Part shown: positions 56,141-64,000 of the stretch, one piece after another
Layout: each line of letters starts with the position of its first letter
Numbering within the stretch: position 1 is the stretch's first letter
Source of the DNA: Eledone cirrhosa
Taxonomy: Eukaryota
DNA: 64,000 nt
Reading direction: 5' to 3'
NCBI GenBank assembly: GCA_964016885.1
Contig: OZ024741.1
Location: 122,202,001 to 122,266,000 of the forward strand
The notes under the pieces: generated by a model
The model's input: the letters and a program-made list of their open reading frames with translations, nothing else
The model's database searches: none
What the model was told of the DNA's origin: nothing
Translations under genes and position numbers: made by a program

Positions 56141-56192
<52 letters not shown>

Positions 56193-56216
56193 CATATATA
56201 TATATATATATATATA
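55862..56216. repeat. Compound (TG)n-CA-(TA)n minisatellite
   Basis: Repeating tgtgtgtgtgcatatata units. Confidence 0.95.
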
Positions 56217-57653
56217 GTACATATTTTTATTACTCAAGTTATATCGATTTGATGTTATAATTACGAATTTCTAATTTATCCTTCTCTAACATTGTGTAAA
56301 AAGTACTGAGTATATAACCAGTGTTTGTTTGTCAGAGAGATATTGAGTGAATTAGTAGGTACTTGAGGGATTGAGACAATGTTTGAATGGATCAGAGAGA
56401 TAATGAATGAATTAGCATGTTTCAGTGGGATGGATTGAGTGGGGGAGGGAGCTTGAATGCGTGTGGGAGTGTGTGAGTGAGTGATGGAGTGGCTATTTGA
56501 AAGGGTCTGTGAGTGAGTGAGTGTCGGATTAATTGGGTAAGTATGTCGGTATATAGATAAATAAATTTATTATTCATCGCGAAGGTTCAGAAACATCTAC
56601 TTACATTAATAGTTTCTAATTTTGGCAGAACCTCAGTAAATCGATTTATCGACCTCTAGTATTTCACAGGTATTTCAGTATATCGACCCCAGAAATAATG
56701 AAATGCATAGTTCACATTGGCGGGGTTGAATACAGAACTAAAGAGCTGTAACTAAATGTGGCAAAACGTTTTGTCCGACACTGCCAATCCACCGTCCCAC
56801 CTACCTACATTACTATATAGCAGATTTGATTAATGTCTGTTATACTATTAATGTTATTGTTTCGTCTGATATATAGTGACACACGATAACGGCCGGAATC
56901 AACAAATGAAAGGTTATCACCTTCTTTAATCTATTTACAAGAGACGGAGAGACATTTGAATGATTCTTTGAAGAGTATCCCAAGCTTCTGAGATAAATGA
57001 GGTTGATCATTTGTTTTGAACTCTGCATGGTGATGTCTTCATGTCAAAAATATGGATTGTAGTAGAATTTACAGAAGGTTGTTGAACTTAACGGCAGAAA
57101 TAATTGTAGAAATGGTTTAAGGGTGAATCTGGGGTATAATGAACAGACAAGAGACAGGAACATGGCCTTGGTTTGCACATCTTCACAAACATACCAATAA
57201 TGTGCAGGAAATTGTGATAGTGCAAATCCTTTACTATATTGACTTTTTATGGTCTAGAATTTATGTCAGTAATAGATATATTGATGGTTCTATAGAAAGC
57301 CAGCAAATCTCCTCTTGAAACTTATGCCACTAACACTCGTTGGAAACCTATGTACATCGAGTAGTCTATTTTAATTTTCTTGCATTATTAGAATTCGTGC
57401 AGATTATTTTAAAGTCTTTATACCGTACAATAAATAGTTTTTATTAGTCTTCACTTTGAGGTTCAAATGCCAGAGTCCCATTTTTTAATTTTACCGTCAA
57501 TGACAACATAGGTGCAAAATATAGATGCAGAAATATATACATTCAATCGACTATACACACTTATTACTTTTCCACCAAACAAATTTGACTGTGTTCTCAG
57601 TTAAACGAAATACTTATGTGTCTACGAATTTATGTCTCTCCTCTTTATTTCAG

Positions 57654-57825
57654 ACTCTATTGCTGATGGATTAGCAATCGATTATGTGAACCAATTGTTG
57701 TTTTATAGTGATGCTGGCATCAGGATAATAGGAGTAATGACCCTTAATGCTTATCCTTTCCATAAGACTTTAATCAACAGTGGTCTGGAAAAAGTTCGAT
57801 CTGTAATAGCCAGTCCCATTGAGAG
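57654..57825 (+). CDS. LRP-like exon K
   Basis: tttcag|SIADGLAIDYVNQLLFYSD..VIASPIE|gtaagt; phase 1 to 2. Confidence 0.92.
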
Positions 57826-59310
57826 GTAAGTAATTCAATTAAATAGTGTTAGGACAACTGAATCGTGATATAGAAGTGTCATTATACCAAACAGTAATAC
57901 ATCTATTAAAAATATTATAATCAACTTAATTGCAGAAATGAATATTCTTCCTGTAATTATGCCACTAAGCTTCTTAATTCATTCCCTCTCGAGATTAACT
58001 TTCGAAATTAGATGAAATAAAATTAATGTACTTGGGTAAAGGCTCATGGTATAGTGGTTAGGGTGTTTGACTCACAATCTTAATTTGTGAGTTCGATACC
58101 CGGACAGGGCGTCGCGTTGTATCCTTGAGTATCCTTCTGTCTACTTAGCTGGAAAAAATTTAGTTTTATCTGTTTTTCAAACGTTCAGCCTTGTCATGCA
58201 TTCTTTCACGCGGAATGTTCGGGAATACTATCTTAAAGGCATACGTATCTGTAGAATGCTCAGTCACTTGCACTAATTTTATTAGCAGGTTGTTTTATTG
58301 TTCGAGCAACTGTAACATTCATAGTTGGAACCTATTGAGGCCCAACAATGTACTTGCCGATTGAATCTACCACCATACTGCTCCAACATTTGTGACCCTA
58401 TGCCAATGCATAAATATTACCATAGAAAATCTAAGAATTTTTTATAACCTAAGTAATGTTTGAGAATAGCAGTAAATTGGTAGACATGTTATTGCATTGG
58501 TTACCATTCCGTTCGGTAAACTGGGTTCAAATGTTACCCTGGTTAACAAAGTAGCAGTCCACTACTGGGTTCGATTCTTCCTACATTCATCTCTTAAAGA
58601 AATCAGCTGTGTTCAGACGTGGTGTTTATTGGTCTCCAAATGGAATAAATGCTCAAGAGTTGCTGGTTACCCTCACATGATAAAAAAGTACCAATCGAGC
58701 ATTCTCTCTCTCTGGAAGAAATCGGTTGTTTTCAGACCAGAAGGGGGGATCGGCGCAACAAGTTTAAAATGCTCAAGATACGGCATATTTCTCCGCGTCC
58801 CCTTTACGGTTCCATCAGGTATTACGGATCTATACAATTATTTATTAATCAGCATTTTGATGGTCGCAACGTTATACATAATATATGTAACGTTTACATA
58901 ATATATGTTATGTTTTGTTATTTAACGTCAAATTATTTATTAATTATATTTTTCATGCTCATTTGTTTATAAATATTAATAATAACATCGTGTATACATA
59001 GCTGATCTCTCGGACTTTTACAAAGCTGACGGAATAAAGTTAATATAAACAATGGTGTGCTCATGCACGGAGGACCTCGTATAAAATAGCTTATTAATAG
59101 GTTGAAGACCATTAAAGACATGAAAAGAAGTTGACATTGATTTTCCATAGCGTCCGCAGAAAAGTTCTGTTTACGTCCTTAAAAGTCTTCACCCTATTTT
59201 ATAAGCTATTTAATATGAGCATCTCCGCGCACGAGCACAACATTCTTTATATTAACATTAACACTAATGTAATACATAATGTTATGATGTGTTTTGTTAC
59301 TGTATTTCAG

Positions 59311-59441
59311 GAGAATATACTGGTCAGATTGGGGAACAGATCCTAAAATAGAACGCTGTGGAATGGATGGTTCAGAACGACAGCTTGTTGCCAAATTTGA
59401 AAAAGGAGCTTGGCCTAATGGTTTAGCTCTTGATGTAAGAG
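59311..59441 (+). CDS. LRP-like exon L (gene continues beyond the window)
   Basis: tttcag|RIYWSDWGTDPKIERCGMDG..WPNGLALDVR|gtatat; phase 2 to 1. Confidence 0.93.
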
Positions 59442-60006
59442 GTATATGTTCCACATACTTCATTTCTCTTTCATTAGTGTCTGTTCTTCGATTGCAGTCA
59501 TTTCACATATTTACCAAGAATAGAATGGACCTCAGTCGGTTTCAACGTTGATTGTTTCAGTTGTTCAATCAACACAACAGCCTCCTCATGAAATTAATGT
59601 AATTCTCTTTGAGATTTAGAGTGACAGAGCGCGTAACAAGACTGGCCCATGGTATAACAGGTACAGTCGACAAGACGTTTTCTAACTTACCAATTTCATT
59701 CACAAGAGCAAGGGTCAAACTGAGGATATAGTAAATGATACATATTCAAGATAACATGTTGTGGGATCAAATCCACGATCTAATGTTTGCTAAACGACCA
59801 TCTTAACCATTCGGTCATCTGCTACAGATTGTGACATGAAAAACGCAAATTTCTGGTATAAATGTTTTCAAACAAGATTTTTATTGTTTTGTATAAAATA
59901 AAGTATAAGACCAAAAGTAATGAAACAAGTTAAATATAGGCAGATTCAAAACAGGAGACCATGAGAAGTATCCGATCATGGTGTACTGGATTTTAAAAGA
60001 CCAACC

Positions 60007-60047
<41 letters not shown>

Positions 60048-60194
60048 AAAGAATAGAGGTGTAACACACAAATTATTATATATTGGTAAACGGAATAGAA
60101 AATGCTGACAAATTGTTCACAGTTGAAAAATGGTTTAATTAGGAATAAAAGAGTATTAGTGATTGTATGGGTTAGTATTCAGTTGTGGTTTTAA

Positions 60195-60235
60195 GTTTTT
60201 ACCGGTTGCGCATTTCTAAATGCTTTTCAAAAATA
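60195..60235 (-). ncRNA. Degenerate family H4 hammerhead (TTGAAAA core, GAAA>GCAA)
   Basis: Minus strand: ttt-TTGAAAA-gcattt ag aaatgc-GCAA-ccgg-TA-aaa. Confidence 0.5.
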
Positions 60236-60444
60236 ATTTTGAGATAGAGTGTCCGTGCTGTTTGCTCTGATCTGATTAGTTTTGGGAATTCTACCTGTTT
60301 TTATGTTAAAAAAGTGGCTCCAATTTGCAAAAATTCTTGTGGTCAAAACAATTTTGATTGGTCGGTAGAGGTCATGTGAATGTAAAAAATTGATTTTGCG
60401 CCAAGACTGTTTTTATGTTAAAAAAGTGGCTCCAGCAAAAATTC

Positions 60445-60486
<42 letters not shown>

Positions 60487-60616
60487 GAGATTATATTTAA
60501 TTTGTTGGGATTCAACAGCTAAAAATATTTCATAACTGATATAAAGCACTCAACAGTTTAGTGGAGTAAATATGCAATATATTAATAAATGGAAACTATA
60601 TTTATAAAGCCATATT

Positions 60617-60682
60617 TATTTTATTATACATATTTCAAGAGCCACCAAGGCAAATTATGGTGCGCTTTCATCAGATAAAATA
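60617..60682 (-). ncRNA. Type I hammerhead ribozyme (family H1)
   Basis: Minus strand: tattttat-CTGATGA-aagcgcacca..tggtggctctt-GAAA-tatgta-TA-ataaaata. Confidence 0.85.
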
Positions 60683-60685
60683 CAA

Positions 60686-60957
60686 TACAAATGTTCTTTT
60701 ACGAATATTAGTAAACAATCTTCACCTTCGCTATCTAACTTACTATGGGACCTGAAATCAAAGAACATTAACTATTCTTTACTTTGGTTATCTCCAAAGC
60801 TCCTTCATACACTGCTTTATCCGAAAATTGCGCTCTTTGTATCGAAGAAATATTCTTTATACTAAAAAATAAGAACTCTGTTAATTTAAGGAATAATTTA
60901 TTCAGTTCTTGCAAACATCGTTTAAATTCAATTTTTAAATATATATATAAAATGTAA
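60686..60957 (+). pseudogene. C-terminus of a Penelope-like GIY-YIG endonuclease (one frameshift)
   Basis: YKCSFTNISKQSSPSLSNLLWDLKSKNINYSLLW / VISKAPSYTALSENCALCIEEIFFILKNKNSVNLRNNLFSSCKHRLN..*; fits the LS..W.LK...W.I...Y..CxLCxxE..IL..N.R....S.C.H pattern. Confidence 0.75.
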
Positions 60958-62212
60958 TATAAAACTTATCTTTTTTACATAATTTCTTCTATATCCATAT
61001 ACGATTCATATACTTAACTTATTTTCTATTATCTCTACTTCACACATATATATTACTACACCTATCGATAGATAATTAAATTCCCTTATATGACTGCTTG
61101 AAACTCCTTTAAAGAAAAAAGATTTTCTTGATAAACTTACTGAAGGGTTTAAGAAAATCTTTTGAAAATTCCTTTGAAGGATATATAAAAAAAAATATAT
61201 TTTTATATTCTTATATTTTTTCAAAGTTTTTAATATATATCCTAATGTTTATATATATGTGATAAACATAGGGTTTTTTTTCTGTGTATGTGTGGAGCAA
61301 CCTATGGTTTATGCTTTAAATATATTCTTATGGAAAATGTTTGTGCTTTATGCTTTAAATATATTGTTATGAAAGAATTTTAAAATGTTATGAATTTTAA
61401 ATGTTATAACTTTATAGCAAGTAAATTTATAAATTTGTGACTTCGTATAAAATAACAAGGTTCATGTTCTAATTACATTCTTAAGATAGAAAATTTAACC
61501 TTTTAAATTCTTAACTTTATAGCATTTAATCCTTACAGTCATCTGAGTTATTAATAAATCACTTATAACTTCTTTACGCTCCTTTACTGTTATTTAATAC
61601 AAATAAGTGGTTATTCTTTTGTAAACTCTCGGAAAATTTTTCAATAAATTTAGAATTATTTGGATATTTAAATTTTATACTTATAAATTTTTGACTTACA
61701 AATAATATTAATGTATATTTTTAATAATTTATAATCCTTAACATACACATTTAAACTAATTATTAAATTATTAATTAAACCTTTAATCAAATTTTTTCAA
61801 CCTATCATTATAAATAGTATAATTAGAACATAACGAATCCTACTTCATTAACCCTCCATGCTATCCTCATTTCTTCCGCTTTCCTCTCACGTATACATAC
61901 TTACGCTGTATTTGTCCTTTATAATATTTTCTCTCACTTAAATATAATCACGCTCTCCTCTTCCACTGCTAAAAAATATATATAATTTATTCCTTCTTTT
62001 TCTCTTTCTTTCTTTTTTCTCTCTACCTCACAATATCACCTTCTTCCAACCGTTATCTTTTAAAACCTCTCGGACACTCATTTGCATACTCAATCATAAT
62101 TGTCTATAACCCTCAATAAATGTAATATCTCCACTATCCAGGAAGCTCCAACCGCTAAGGTTGTCTTTTTTCAGGGTATGTCAATATTTATTTATAAAAC
62201 TAATCTGTAATG

Positions 62213-62278
62213 TATTTTATCTGATGAAAGCGCACCATAATTTGCTTTGGTGGCCCTTGAAATATGTATAATAAAATA
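62213..62278 (+). ncRNA. Type I hammerhead ribozyme (family H1)
   Basis: tattttat-CTGATGA-aagcgcacca..tggtggccctt-GAAA-tatgta-TA-ataaaata. Confidence 0.85.
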
Positions 62279-63159
62279 AATATGGTTTTATAAATATAGT
62301 TTCCATTTATTAATATATAGTATATATATATATACACACCATTCATCTAGAGTTATTCCCCTTAGATTAGTCTGAAGTAACATTACTTGCGAAGGTAGAT
62401 CAACGGGGATTAACTCTAAGTGTTTGAAATAGTTCTTTCCCCTGGAATACTGATGCTGATGAAAGTTGTACTATAAATGTTATTTGGACGTAGTGAGTTA
62501 TAATTTTTAGCCTGTCACTCTCTAATACGACAAACGTATAATCAAAGTTAAGTTCTCCAGCTGTGACCACATCGTCGTATTTTAGAGAAATTTATGAGGA
62601 GCACGTCCAACATCTGTATGATGATAGATAAATTTATCTGCGGTTTTTACCAGGTCGAGTAACAATCTGAAGTCTTCCTATTCCATTAAAAATCTAATCC
62701 CAGTTCTAATTCTCACATCCATCCATACATACATGTACACTCACAAATATACCCATAATATTTTTATATATTTCATTGAATGTCTTTTATAATACTAACA
62801 GAAAAACCACCCTTCGCGTGGTTTTCTGCTGGCTTGTGTTATGTGCCTATTGATATTATACGCAATATAAACGTTATGATATAACGATGCAAATATATGA
62901 ACGTTTATATAAGCGATATAATATAGTGTCCGTTACATTATAACCGGAAGTGTTGTCACTTGAAAATGTTAAAAGAAGTGATTCTTAAAATAAGCAATCA
63001 TTATATATATGAATACTTATGTTTAATCAACAGCTACGAAATTTAGTACATAAATTATGTAAAATTCATTCATTATATATTCAAAGTAATCCAACTTATT
63101 ATACTAAAGGCATAACAAAAATATGTTCAGGACACAATCCCGTACTCCTCTCTTTGTAA

Positions 63160-63332
63160 TATAATTGTTTCTACTTTTGGCACAAGACCAACAAACCAGT
63201 ACATTACTGGTACTTTATTTTATCGACCCTTGTAAGAATAAAAGACAAAGTTAACCTTGGAGGGATTTGCATTCAGGACGTAACTCTATGGTGTAAAGCA
63301 TGGCGTCCGACCCTCTACTGATACTGCCAATC
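63160..63332 (-). mobile_element. SINE family A copy
   Basis: Reverse-complement match to the family consensus. Confidence 0.8.
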
Positions 63333-63569
63333 TACTGTGTTTGCGTGTGTGTATATATACACACACATATATACAGTATATATATCTATATATATATATA
63401 TATATACACACACACATATAAATATGTACGTCAATACTCATCTTTTTCCATTTATCTGAGGGTTCTAAACCCCATTATCAGGCTAAAATTCCTTTAGTCA
63501 AAAATACGGTGAAAGCTATTCTATTTTCTAATTTCAAACCTGCTCACTGTTTCAAAACATACTTACTTG

Positions 63570-63625
<56 letters not shown>

Positions 63626-64000
63626 TTAAATATCTGTAAGCACCTGCATATATGGATTTAGATGTATGCATGTGTATATATGTTTGCGTGTAGGCATGTG
63701 TATTCATGTACATGTGTTATTGCATACATATGTATAATCCATCCATGATTTAATTCTTCCAATCCCAACAACCTTTCCACTAGCTCCCGATACCTCCACA
63801 TTCATCAGCTGCCTCCCACTGACCAGTTAACATTTTATGGCTATATACATTAACTAGTTAAAATTCTATGGCTGTGCCCACCACCAGCCTTTATCACCTC
63901 CTCCTATCATACTGCTACCACAACTCTGCTTCTCCTATCTTAATTATCCCAATTAAATTCCCATCTCCCACCTAAAGTCTTCCCTATTTATACTGTGACT

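Larger units (their letters stand above)
60490..62320 (+). mobile_element. 5'-truncated Penelope-like retroelement: inverted 5' pLTR, GIY-YIG C-terminal remnant, AT-rich 3' UTR, 3' pLTR
   Basis: 60578-60684 is the reverse complement of 62211-62316; each copy holds a hammerhead; (TA)n on both flanks. Confidence 0.85.

Overview
Eukaryotic, very AT-rich and microsatellite-rich DNA. The (TA)n/(CA)n load, tRNA-derived Nin-domain SINEs and the LINE spectrum suggest an octopus or other coleoid cephalopod (inference). The main host feature is a + strand multi-exon gene for an LDL-receptor-family (LRP4/5/6-like) protein with YWTD beta-propeller/EGF modules. It has 12 phase-compatible GT-AG exons from 25148 to 59441; its first exon was not identified and it continues beyond the window. 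Introns and flanks hold a decayed CR1/L2-group LINE, a nearly intact RTE LINE with three C-terminal C2H2 fingers, bipartite non-autonomous RTE derivatives, R4/Dong, Tx1, CRE and RTE fragments, a Tc1 relic and more than 30 SINE copies. The most notable signal is not in the ORF track. About 15 type I hammerhead ribozyme motifs (intact to degenerate, at least 5 sequence families, with compensatory base changes) sit in short, often fold-back or palindromic cassettes anchored in (TA)n tracts. One cassette (60490-62320) still has a Penelope-like GIY-YIG C-terminus between inverted pseudo-LTRs. This ties the system to Penelope-like retroelements and possible non-autonomous retrozyme-like derivatives.
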